A DNA stretch of 63,929 bases, filler included, from Pirum gemmata (taxonomy: Eukaryota): NCBI GenBank assembly GCA_002812295.1. It is 14 parts of 14 records of this genome, joined end to end, with 100 filler letters (N's around TTAATTAATTAA, not from the genome) between each part and the next. Parts side by side here need not be neighbours in the genome. Positions count along the whole stretch, not along the records: positions 23,081 to 27,599 come from PDIN01001105.1; positions 27,700 to 32,144 come from PDIN01001106.1; positions 32,245 to 36,700 come from PDIN01001107.1; 11 more parts are not named here. One strand, written 5' to 3'. This document shows, piece by piece, positions 24,076-36,231 of this stretch. A model generated the notes under the pieces. It searched no databases and had not been told where the DNA came from. It saw only the letters and a list, made by a program, of their open reading frames with translations. The translations under genes were made by a program, and so were the position numbers. The number at the start of each line of letters is the position of its first letter. The stretch's first letter is position 1.

Positions 24076-24682
24076 TATACTTATACTTATTAACATATTG
24101 ATACTTTACTTACCTGGGTTTACTTTCTCCTTCTTATAAAATGTGACTTTTTTACCATCTACAACTGATCCTAGCTAGACAACTGATCCTTGTAAAAATA
24201 ATTTCAAAATGGTACGCCTTATATCAGTACGATAAAACAATCATACAATCATACTAAATAAAGCTTGTAAACTGAACAGTAATAGTTGTTCTAACTTCTA
24301 ACTGTAGAACTAACAAATATCAAATATCAAACATTGATATCAAGTATCAAATAACTATCAAATATCAAATATTAATATATCATATCAAACATCAAAATTT
24401 TATATATCAAATATTAAATATATCATATCAAATATCAAAATTTTATATATTAAATATCAAATATCAAAATTAATATCAAACGTAAAATATCAAAATTTAA
24501 TATCAAATATCAAATATCAAATATCAAATATCAAATATCATTTATTTTTATTCTTATTCCAGATGCTTATTCCTTTTTATATGTATTCCAGGGCGTCCCA
24601 CAGTATCCCACCCATTATAGTCTGTATAAGCATAAGTATAAGTATCTTAATGTAAGTACCTGATATAAGTATAAGTACTATC

Positions 24683-25094
24683 GTGCTTTTCAGTTGTTTT
24701 GTCATTATAAAATATATAATAAAGAATACCAAATTAGTACAACATAAATCCATTACATTTTATTATGTCAATTTAAATACTATAACCAACCAAATAAATA
24801 TTCAGAGTGACAAAATAAATGAAAAGCACAATATCATATCAATACAAGTATCAATACATGATGTATTCTTATATAGACCTACATATAAGTATAAAAGTTT
24901 TTAATTTAAAAAAAAAGAGTTTTAAAAGTATATTTTGTCACCAAATATTTATTTGGAGGGTTACAATATTTAAATGGACACTTTTAAATAAATAAATAGA
25001 TAATCAAATATGCCAAATTAAATTAAATGTATTTATATTATATTAATTTGGTACTATTTATTGTATATTGTATGATGACAAAACAACTGAAAAG
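24683..25094. mobile_element. Two MITE family A copies in opposite orientation (24683-24829, about 24933-25094)
   Basis: Family A terminal inverted repeats and TACCAAATTA interior motifs. Confidence 0.75.
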
Positions 25095-25160
25095 ATAATA
25101 AATTCTAAATTTAGCTAGATAAATTTAGTCTAATAAAAGTTTTTTTTTTTTTTAAAAAAA

Positions 25161-25713
25161 CACGTACTTTTTCGGCTACCCGTGAAAATGATGTGAGGTA
25201 TTATATTTTTTATGTACTAGTTTTCACTTAGTTTTCTTTATATACCAATGAATTCTTCATCGAAAAGTAGTTTAGACTCTTTAGAGAGGTGAAAGTTTCA
25301 TTCCCAGAGCTTTATTACATCGTAAGTTATTTATCATTGAAGTTCACGATTTTTGTCTCGAAACCATCACCGTCTGCATCCGAGCAGCGCCCCCAAAAAT
25401 TATTTTTGCACCATTTTTTTTTTTAGACTACCAATATATAAATTTGTATTCCATAATCAAATTAATTATAACTGCGTTAATATTAGGATCACCACCATTA
25501 ATATTAAATGATTTTTGACGTTTACATATAATCACTTCTGAAAATAAAGGGTTAATTTTAGTTGTATAATCATATATAGATCTATTTTTTATAGCTCAAA
25601 CGCTTCCCAAATTTTTTCAGACTGAGTCTAGCTAAATTGATTTCCTCAAAAGTTTGTTTTCGAACATCAACATCAAATTCTCGAGTTTTCATGGGTTGCC
25701 AGAAAAGTACGTG
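25161..25713. mobile_element. Putative non-autonomous piggyBac-like TIR element (553 bp)
   Basis: CACGTACTTTTTCGGCTACCCGTGAAAA (25161-25188) is an imperfect inverted repeat of TTTTCATGGGTTGCCAGAAAAGTACGTG (25686-25713); both flanks are TnAn runs resembling expanded TTAA. Confidence 0.5.
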
Positions 25714-26111
25714 TTTTTAAAAAAAAAAAAAAATGAGTGTTTTTGCTCATTTTTTTTTTTTTTTTGCGAGTCTGAATGAATGTGTTGCTCAATAAATTTT
25801 TTTTTGAGCAATCCGAAGTTCCGAACAGCAGTCCGAAAATCGGGGGGTTTTTTTTGTTGCTCAAAATTTGCAAACAAGCTGTAATGAATACCAATAATAT
25901 CGATAGTGTTCATTCAAATACTGAATGAATACTATAGTCTGAATTTGAAAGCGTTTTCAGCGTTGCTCAATGCTCAATAATTTTTTTTTGAGCAATCCGA
26001 AAATTGTTGCTAATTTTACGGTAAAATTTATTAAAATTTTATTGACAAATAAAGAGTATTTCAGCAGCGCCAGGCCACTCACTGCCTGGGTTGTTAAATA
26101 TAGGAAAATCG

Positions 26112-26167
<56 letters not shown>

Positions 26168-26873
26168 CAATTTATTTGACTCGGATCGATTCAATAAACG
26201 GTCTCGAATCGTATTCTGCTATTATGTGATATGATTTTTTAAAATTGGTCGAGTATTTTAAATTTGAGTCGGGATTTTCGGTCGGGACTCTGGGCCTCTG
26301 GAGTCTGGACTCTGGATTTGCTGATAATAATAATAGCACCAATCAAGGAGTTCAAGAAAATTTCTTGATCTCCTTGCACCAATCCAAAGGACTATCCAAG
26401 GTAGGTAGGTTACTACAGCGTAGTACAGTGTTAGAGTCTATGATATGATACATAATACTGTATTACATATTACTGGCAATTTACTGCTAGTGTATTTTAA
26501 TCGGATATCAGGGCGTGGTCAGTTATTCTCTCTAGTTAGCAGTTATTCTGGTCTCTAGCTATCAACGATAATAGCCTAGCTAGTAGTAGTTATTCTGATA
26601 TATATTATTTTAAAATTATTAGCAAAGACTTTGCAAACCAAAGACTCCATGAAAAAAAATATTAAAAATTTCTTTTTCCTGGGGTCTTTGGTATTATTAG
26701 TCGATTATTTTATAAATTTATATTTTGATTTTAATTAAAGTATGATATTATTTATTTATAACAGATTATCATTTATAAGGGGGAGGGGTCCGAGCCCCCG
26801 AGGGAGGTTCTTGAGAATTTCTTAATAAACTCCTTGCCTCACTAGTAGACTTTAGAAAATATATAGAATTGTA

Positions 26874-27085
26874 TAGATAGATAGATATACCAATGATACC
26901 ATGGTAAGGCGGCCTCCATGGTATATATAAATAGTACTTCAATCTACTTCAATGTAGGGTATAATTATCATATATTATATATATAGATAGATATATCAAT
27001 GATACCATGGTAAGGCGGCCTCCATGGTATATACAGTACTTCAATCTACTTCAATGTAGGGTATAATTATCATATATTATATATA
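26874..27085. repeat. Two-copy 106-bp tandem duplication containing an ATACCATGG/CCATGGTAT stem-loop
   Basis: ATACCATGGTAAGGCGGCCTCCATGGTAT at 26896 and 27002. Confidence 0.85.
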
Positions 27086-27219
27086 GAGGTCTATATATAT
27101 AGTAAATACTGCCCAAAAAATAGAAGAAAAAAAAAAACTTTCTTAGAATCATTATCCATTATTGCTATTATTATTATTATTATTATCTATCGATATTATC
27201 ATTGATATTATTTATTATT

Positions 27220-27599
27220 ATGATGACACCAAGTGACAAGAAACAACTGGAAATAATACAAAACAAAGCAATGAGACTAATCACTAATACACGCCAAGTA
27301 GACCATATAAAAATCACAACATTGTAAAATTTAACAGCTCTCATAGAACTAGTGCACAAGTATCTAAACCAAGGAACAGCTCACAACACCCCGATAATTG
27401 AACTAATACATTCCTATCACAACAATAGGATTAGCCGCAATATGAAGGAAGGCCGTCCTTATGACAAAAACAATAGTCAATCACCAACAACGTTAATAGG
27501 CATCATGAATGAAACAACCAAAAGACAAGAAATATACTAATAATAAAGAAAAAATAGCACTAACAAAAAACTAACTAAAAAGAAAGAAAAGAAAAGCAA
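27220..27599 (+). mobile_element. Degenerate 3' fragment of a non-LTR retrotransposon (LINE) ORF2 with A-rich tail
   Basis: Translates as TPSDKKQLEIIQNKAMRLITNTRQVDHIKITTL*, matching the LxxIQNxAxRxI RT-thumb pattern of Jockey/I/CR1-type LINEs, then LIELVHKYLNQGTAHNTPIIELIHSY in another frame and an A-rich end. Confidence 0.6.
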
Positions 27600-27877
27600 N
27601 NNNNNNNNNNNNNNNNNNNNNNNNNNNNNNNNNNNNNNNNNNNTTAATTAATTAANNNNNNNNNNNNNNNNNNNNNNNNNNNNNNNNNNNNNNNNNNNNT
27701 CAATTTAAAGATTATAACCCACCAAATAAATATTCAGAGTGACAAAATGAAATGCACGATTAATAATATAATAATAATAGACGGGGTCTAGTCTAATATA
27801 ATATAATAAATATAATATAATATATAAGACTGATTTTTTACTATATAGTCTATATATTATAATATTATTATAGTATA

Positions 27878-28058
27878 GCGCTTTTAATTTATTTGGTCAC
27901 TCCGAATATTTATTTGGTTGGTTATAATTTTTAATTGGCATTGCTAAATAAGTAAATTATATATTAAAATATACCAAATTAATTGAAATGGATTTATATA
28001 ATATTAATTTGGTACTCTTTATTGTATATTTTATGATGCCAAAACAACTGAAAAGCAC
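27878..28058. mobile_element. Near full-length MITE family A copy (181 bp)
   Basis: Both inverted ends present (GCGCTTTTAATTTATTTGGTCA...TGCCAAAACAACTGAAAAGCAC); further copies on this contig at about 27700, 28181, 29225, 30883 and 31676. Confidence 0.8.
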
Positions 28059-29725
28059 AATATATAAATTATTATATGTATACAATATTGTTCGTATAAT
28101 GTGTGTTCTGTTTTATTATTGAATGTGTATGCAAGTAATAAATTCACAAATTTTTAATACCATATAAGAAAAGGTCCGAAACAATAAAGAGTACCAAATT
28201 AAAACAATATAAATCCATTTAATTTAATTTGCTATATTTGATTATCTATTTATTCATTTAAAAATATCAATTTAAAGATTATAACCTACCAAACAAATAT
28301 GCAGGGGTAACAAAATAAATGAAAAACACAATACATCAATTATATATATTGTAACGAGCTGATCGTAACTGTATCGTTACAGTTCGTTATCATACAGTAT
28401 CGATATATATAGACTACAACAGTACTAGTCTATCCATTCTAAAAAGTTTTTGAAAATTCCACTTTTCATATTGTGCAATGATTGTACAATACAACACTAA
28501 TGCAACATTTTTAATAATATTCAAATTCCAAAATGATTCCAATTTCCAACTATTTAACTATGCTTCGTAGAAAATAAAAGTATAGGGAAAACCCATGCAC
28601 ATGTGGGTTGATAATTAAACATTAAAAACAATTATAATAATTCTAATACATTCGAATTCATGTTGTCATTATGTGCTGTACTTTCACTTGTGCTATTTTA
28701 TTACCATGTTGTGCTTTTTAATTAATTTAAAAATGCTGCTCACATTATGTGTTGATTAAACATAAATATTTTAATAACTCTTTTAAAATATTCTAGTTAA
28801 CTTGTAATATTATAATTATGATATTATAATAAATCAAAAGCAAATTTAAAAAAAAAAAAACAAGAAATAAGAAATAAAAATCAATAGTGGCAAAAAACAA
28901 AAAACACAAAATAGCCACAGAATTATAATTTTTTTTCTAGAATCATAGAATCTCTACAGCTAGCTACTAGCTAGCTAGTAGTATCTTGAGCGTAGAATAT
29001 ACCCTACTAGCTAGCTATGATACCAGAGTCTACCACTAAACTACCACTAACCACTACCAGTAGCCCAGCTATCATGGTTTAATAGCTACTAGCTAGCTAG
29101 TCTTTGGAACTATGATATCAAACTATATCAATACAATTAGACTAGCTAGACCTAGACTATAATATTATAAAAATTTAATTAATAGACTAGTCTATATCGC
29201 TGAGTGAGGACTCTAGACTATATCGTGCATTTCATTTATTTTGTCACTCTGAATATCTATTTGGTGGGTTATAATCTTTAAATTGACATTTTTAAATCAA
29301 TATATAGATAATAAAATATACCAAATTAAATGAAAAGCACTATAGAGAGTCTAGACCTCTAATAGGTCTATAGACTATTATTATAATATTACATCAAGGA
29401 CTTCAAGATTTTTTTTCTTAGAGACTCTAAATAAGTTACTAGTTACTACTAGATATAAGTTATATATAGTATTATATACATATAATTTATAACGATTATT
29501 ATTATGATTATTATAATTGAAAAAGAATCGAAAATATAAATATAAAATTTAATACTGATATCGAGTATATCATAATATTATAATATTTTGTTTTAATTAA
29601 TATTAATATTATTATAATAAACAATAATATTGTTATATTATAAAATTATTATTAATAATATAATACTATATAGTTTCAATAAATAGTAAACATTTGAATG
29701 CAAGCTGAAGTGTTGTTGTTATGAT

Positions 29726-29765
29726 CCCTAACCCTAACCCTAACCCTAATCCTAACCCTAACCCT
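29726..29765. repeat. Interstitial (CCCTAA)n
   Basis: Read directly. Confidence 0.85.
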
Positions 29766-30764
29766 ATTACCAAGTTAATTTTAAAGTTATTTATAATTAA
29801 TTAGTAGGTTATTAGAGTGTTATTAGCTAAAGCTAAATAGTAGTAAATGGCAAATTAAGATTTTTTTCGATATTAATATGTCATACTATATATAATAACA
29901 AAAATGTATTGAAAAATTTAAGAAAAAGCAAACTAAAAACAATATCGATGAAAAATAATAAAATGACAAATTAAAATTAAAACAATATCTGAGAAACTGG
30001 CCCATAATCTTTTTTAGTGATCACTCCTTTATTCATAATATTATAATATTATCATATAGTAGTGCTCCTGCGCATGTCCTCCCCAAGTATTATTGATATT
30101 TATTTAATAAACTTTAATTTACTAATTACTAATTATAAAGTAGTGATTTTAATAATAATGATTATCATACCTCATAACAACATACAAACAGTATTATGTA
30201 TTAGAACAAAATAACCAAAACCTATTGTAATGTTATAATAATATGTGGAGATGAAGTAAGAAGTATGAAGGGATTTTCCCCACTTTTTTCTAAGTCAGTT
30301 AGACTGAGATATCTACTGAAACTTTTTTCGAACAGATGCTTATCGAGCCAACCTTAGTTTCGTGTTTCTTACTAATAATAGCATTTAAATAGCTTAAAAT
30401 AGTAAATCTAATTATAGTAGATACCAATTAAAGTAATAATATATAACATTAATAGTAATAAAAACCATAAAAATCGGAAAGTTCAGGCAGCTGTTCGGTA
30501 ATAATAAAATGACGTCATCTCATCCCTACTATTTTCCCTCTGGGATCATTTTTACAAGCAAAAAAAAAAAAAATAAAAATAAAAAAAATCTTGATCCAAT
30601 GATGTACACTAAAATGAGATTTTTTTAGGACCACTAGATGACTGTGGCTCAAGATTTTTCGCTCTGGGGTGCATTGATAAAAGGAAATAATAGCGGCAAC
30701 CATTGAAGTTTTTTTAAAAAAACCGAATAACGAAAATACTTTTTGAGGATTTTGTTATTAGGGA

Positions 30765-30765
<1 letters not shown>

Positions 30766-30804
<39 letters not shown>

Positions 30805-30805
30805 T

Positions 30806-30867
<62 letters not shown>
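30766..30867. repeat. (CTA)n microsatellite
   Basis: Read directly. Confidence 0.95.
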
Positions 30868-31189
30868 TTAGTGATATTGATATTGTCACTCTGAATATTT
30901 ATTTGGTTGGTTATAATATTTAAATTGACTTTTTTAAATGAATAAATAGATAATAAAATATACCAAATTAAATGAAATGGATTTATATTGTATTGATTTG
31001 GTACTCTTTATTGTATATTTTATGATGACAAAACAACTAAAAAGCACGATACTATCAGTGATATTGATATGATATTATACTACTACTATATAGCTACTAC
31101 TATTATTATGATATTAAAAGATACTACTACTACTACTATATAGCTACTACTACTACCACTATACTATTATCATACTTTTAAAAAATAAA

Positions 31190-31322
31190 TTACGTAACGC
31201 CAATTTCCGGTCAAATACAGCTTCAAATACCCCTACCTACCTCCTATCCCCCGACGTTAATTTCCGGTTAAATACCACCTACCTACCTACCTCTTGACGT
31301 GACTTATTATTTGAACGCCCCC
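31190..31322. mobile_element. MITE family B copy (reverse orientation)
   Basis: TACGTAACGCCAATTTCCGGTCAAATACAGCTTC...TTATTTGAACGCCCCC followed by TTA. Confidence 0.75.
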
Positions 31323-32637
31323 TTATGGTATTATTAATATCATATACTATCAGATCATAATATATCATACAGATATATCATAGCATTATTATTAATATAT
31401 TTTTTTTTTTTTCATAAATACAGGAGACAGGCAGTTAGCCTAGCTAGCAGTAGCTAGTAGCTATCATAGTGGAAAACATTTAGTCTATGCTATTTTTACA
31501 ATATTTTTACTCAGATTTTTACTCAGATTTTTACACTTACTGGTCTGGCTATATGGCTATAACCAAATTAAGTAAAATTTAAGACTTTTCAATATATTTA
31601 GTAATATAAAAACCATAAAAATAAGACTTTGAAATCCTATTTAAGGCACCTGGATTTCTTAATTACGTAGATATCGTTGTTTTGTCATCATAAAATATAC
31701 AATAAAGAGTACCAAATTAATACCATATAAATCCATTTCATTTAATTTGGTATATTATATTATCTATTTATTCCTTTAAAAAAATGACAATTTAAATATT
31801 ATAACCAACCAAATAAATATTCAGATTGGCAAAATAAATGATAAGCACTAGCTAGTCTATCTGATATAATAATAATTCCATTTCCTGTCTATCGGCTATC
31901 AGAAAATATTTTTTTTCTAGTCTGGCCGACTCTACCCGCCTACAGACTAGCTAATAGTTGACTAGCTACAAAGAGAAAAAAACAAAAAAAAAAATCTTAT
32001 TTGGAACAACAATCCACCAATTATGATTCAAACGATTATAGTAATATTTTTATTGGACAGAAACTTAGCTTTTGCTTTTTTATTAGCTCTTTTATTTTAA
32101 AACTATTTTTAAAAGTTATTTCATCAGTAGGGGTGAGATGACGTNNNNNNNNNNNNNNNNNNNNNNNNNNNNNNNNNNNNNNNNNNNNTTAATTAATTAA
32201 NNNNNNNNNNNNNNNNNNNNNNNNNNNNNNNNNNNNNNNNNNNNGTTGTTGTTGTTGTTGTTGTTGCTGCTGTTGTTATTGCTGTTGTTGTTGCTGTTGT
32301 TGTTGTTGCTGTTGTTGTTGTTGTACTTATTTATTTATTTGTAATTTTCATTTTAATATATGGTAATAAAGATAATATACCAATTCGATTTGCTTCATGA
32401 TAAACTGCTATCTTCACTTGTTCCCTCCCTTCCACCACCATCTGACCTGTCAGATGAAAATTATAAGCTTTCAGATGGCAATTTAAGCCATTAAAATTGA
32501 AATCTGGAAGATGGTGGTGTTTTTAAAGAAAGTGGCGCATTAATGAATGTTTCCTTATAAATAAAGAGACCAGACTAGCAGCAGAAAAAAGTTTTAACGA
32601 TATATTCAAGAGTCTCTACTCTCTACTAGTAGCTATT

Positions 32638-33209
32638 GTGCTTTTCATTTATTTTGCCACCCCAATATTTATTTGGTTGTTTATAATATTTAAGTTGATA
32701 CTTTTAAATAAATAAATATATAATAAAATATACCAAATTAAATGAAATGGATTTATATTGTATTAATTTGGAGCGTTCAAATACTACGTAACGCCAATTT
32801 CCAGTCAAATACAGCTTCAAATACCCCTACCCACCTACCCCTTGACGTTAAATCCCGGTCAAATACCGCCTACCTACCTACCCCTTGATGTGAAGTATTA
32901 TAAGTCTATATAATATATAAAATACAACATTAAATATAAAATACCATGGTAGTCTACTGTTTATTTTAGTTTTTGAACTACCGGTAGAAGCTCCTTGTCC
33001 AAACTAGACTAGTCTAGTGCTTTTCAGTTGTTTTGTCATCATACAATATACAATAAAAAGTACCAAATTAATACAATATAAATCCATTTTATTTAATTTG
33101 GTATATTTTATTATCCATTTATTCAGTTAACAATGTCAATTAGAAAAATTATAACCAGCCAAATAAATATTCGGAGAGTATTCGGAGTGACAAAATAAAT
33201 GAAAAGCAC
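32638..33209. mobile_element. MITE cluster: truncated family A (32638-32771), family B (32771-32900), full family A (33017-33209)
   Basis: Family A sequence stops at TTAATTTGG and runs straight into GAGCGTTCAAATACTACGT; the second A copy has both TIRs. Confidence 0.8.
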
Positions 33210-33327
33210 TATAAAAACTTCCTTTTATTGGCTCGTTAAAAAAAATGGAGCTAGAGCGAATGTATAGCGTACTATAGCCTGTATAGCAAGTTAATTAACA
33301 ACTAGCTAGGTCTAGCTAGTGTCTAGA

Positions 33328-33404
33328 GGGTTGGGTTAGGGTTAAGGTTAGGGTTTAACAAATAGGGTTAGGGTTAGGGTTAGGGTTAGGGTTAGGGTTA
33401 GGGT
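33328..33404. repeat. Interstitial (TTAGGG)n
   Basis: Read directly. Confidence 0.9.
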
Positions 33405-33659
33405 TTTTCTTTCTGAAGAAAGAGAACTGAGAAAGAGAAATAGCCACTTCGAGCACTGATTACATCGTTTTCACCTTTCAATAACCAATGGACTGAACAC
33501 AACAAACTGAAAGGGTGCTAGACCTGGCCATTGCCGGGGGGACACCCCTGACAGTCTATTATATATGACTACGGCAAGTAAGACCACTAATGTTAAACGC
33601 GTTACTACTACTTTACTAGCTATAGTACTAGTAGTAATACTAGTACTACTACCACCACC

Positions 33660-33738
<79 letters not shown>

Positions 33739-34787
33739 TATTAATTACGTATATTAATATTAATATTAAACCATTAGCTTGGTCTATAGTAATAATAGCT
33801 ACAACCAGTATTTTAATAAGTCATTAACAATAAAATTTTATATCAATAATTAATATTTTAAATATACGTATACGCACCAATTGTTCCACAACACTTCCAC
33901 AAAAACAAACACTTAGCAATATATTACTCAGTCTGGCAAACTTTCGAATGCTCCATCCAGGTTTTCAACTACAACTATTATATTAATATATATTAATAAT
34001 ATAATAAAGTATTAATACTATAAAACAAAGTTTTAACTAAAATATAAAAAACAATATCATCCGTTTTTTAAAAAAAAGCACATAATGTGTGTAGTAGTAC
34101 TCCAATTTTGCAAGGTTTTTATCATATTTTTTTTAAAAAAAAGTCAAGGTTTGGACTCCTTGAAAAAATATAACCAGCAATTACAAGAATATCCTTATGA
34201 ATTTACACTAATAATAATAATGATGATAATAATATTTTTTTATTTTTTTAATTTTTATTATATCATAATATTTTTTTTTACAGTATCATATGAATAATAT
34301 TATTTTGTTTATTATACATACAGATAATATAATATACAGATCTACTAAGGCTATTGTTGTAAAATATACAATGAAGAGTACCAAATTAACACAATAAAAA
34401 TCCATTTTATTTAATTTGGTACACTTTATTATCTATTTATTCCTTTAAAAATGACAACTTAAATATTTTAACCCTCCAAATAAATATTCAGGGTGACAAA
34501 ATAAATGAATTTTTTTTTTTTTTTTTTTTTAAATATATATAGACATATGGTAGGAATGGTTGAAATTCCGAAAGCACGTTTGGAACATGAAGCACCCACA
34601 CCTTTTCTCACCTTTCGCCAGTTTCCTTGGAAATTAGCCAATTAAAAACTCTTATTAAAAATTATAAATCAGAAAAAACAAATACTTCATTTTTATTCGT
34701 TAAAAAAATTCTAAAAAAATCTAGGCTATACCGATAGTCTATTTTTTTTTTAAAAATTTTGATTTTTTTTTTTAAAAAAAAAAATAA

Positions 34788-34929
34788 TTATCATTATCAT
34801 TATCATTATCATTATCATTATCATTATCATTATCATTATCATTATCATTATCATTATCATTATCATTATCATTATCATTATCATTATCATTATCATNNNN
34901 NTATCATTATCATTATCATTATCATTATC

Positions 34930-34960
<31 letters not shown>

Positions 34961-35011
34961 ATATCATTATCATTATCATTATTAATATCATTATCATTAT
35001 CATTATCATTA
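34788..35011. repeat. (TATCAT)n microsatellite
   Basis: Read directly. Confidence 0.95.
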
Positions 35012-35702
35012 TACAGATATACAGATATATACAGTGTAATTATACACTGGTAGTCTTTGTCCAGTTCAAAAACTTAAAAATAAACCTACCAAATTATTAT
35101 TATAGTGAAAGTTATCAGACATGTTTTATTAATAATATTTTACCCCTATTTTACCCTAGCTAGGTATTTTACAATAAACACACAACAACAATAAACAATT
35201 ATAATTAGTAACAAACAACAAACAACAAACAACAAACAACAAACAACAAACAACAAACAACAAACAACAAACAACAAACAACAAACAACAAACAACAACA
35301 ACAAACAATAATAATTATATAAATTTAAACAACAAACAACAGTAATTGTTATAAACAACCAACAACAAACAAAAACCACAAATAAAAAAACTACAAACAA
35401 CGCTAACAAACAAGTCCCCTTTAGAAACAAGCGCAAAATTTACGCTTTTGTCACATATAAAGTACTAGTATAGACATAGACCCAAATCTGGTTCCATATA
35501 TAGTCCATATATTGCATAATAATCGCTGCTAGCTAGGCTAAGCTAGCTAGCTAGCTAGTAGTAGCTAGTCTACTACTGGTATCATTATCATAATATCATT
35601 ATCATAGTAGTCTATCACTGTCTATGAGGTCAGGTCTATGAGGTATTATCCCCCATAGACCCCCTCTATAGTCTATTATTATATCGATAGATCTATCATA
35701 TC

Positions 35703-36231
35703 GTGCTTTTCAATAAAGAGGACCAAATTAATACAATACAAATCCATTTCATTTAATTTGGTATATTTTATTATCCATTTATTCATTTAATAATGTCAGT
35801 TAAAAAATTATAACCAACCAAATAAATATTCAAAGTGACAAAATAAATGAAAAGCACCACGATAGTCTACTACTCTATTAAAGGGGAGCGTTCAATCCTT
35901 CCTTAACGCCAACAATCTCCGGTCAAATACAGCTTCAAATATCTCTATCTACCTACCCCTCGACGTTAATTTCCGGTCAAATACCCCCTACTTACCTTCC
36001 CCTTGACATGACGTATTATTTGAACGCCCTCTAAGCTATGATATGATTGATATCCTGCTTTTCACTTATTTGTCACTTCGAGATAATTTATTTGGTGTGT
36101 TTAAGTTTATAAACGTGGTTATTTTAAATTGAAATATAAATAATTAAACACGCCAAGTTAATTAAATTGTATCAAATAAATTTGATATAGTGTTAACTTG
36201 GTATTTATTACTGCGTATTCTATTATGACAA
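35703..36231. mobile_element. MITE cluster: family A (35703-35857), family B (35883-36031), diverged family-A relative (36056-36231)
   Basis: TIR matches; B copy runs GGGGAGCGTTCAA...TTGAACGCCCTC then TAA. Confidence 0.75.

Noticed and set aside
32350..32560. Possible minus-strand exon (HHHLPDFNFNGLNCHLKAYNFHLTGQMVVEGREQVKIAVYHEANRIG)
   Set aside because: Short, preceded by an in-frame stop, no recognisable motif or partner exon.
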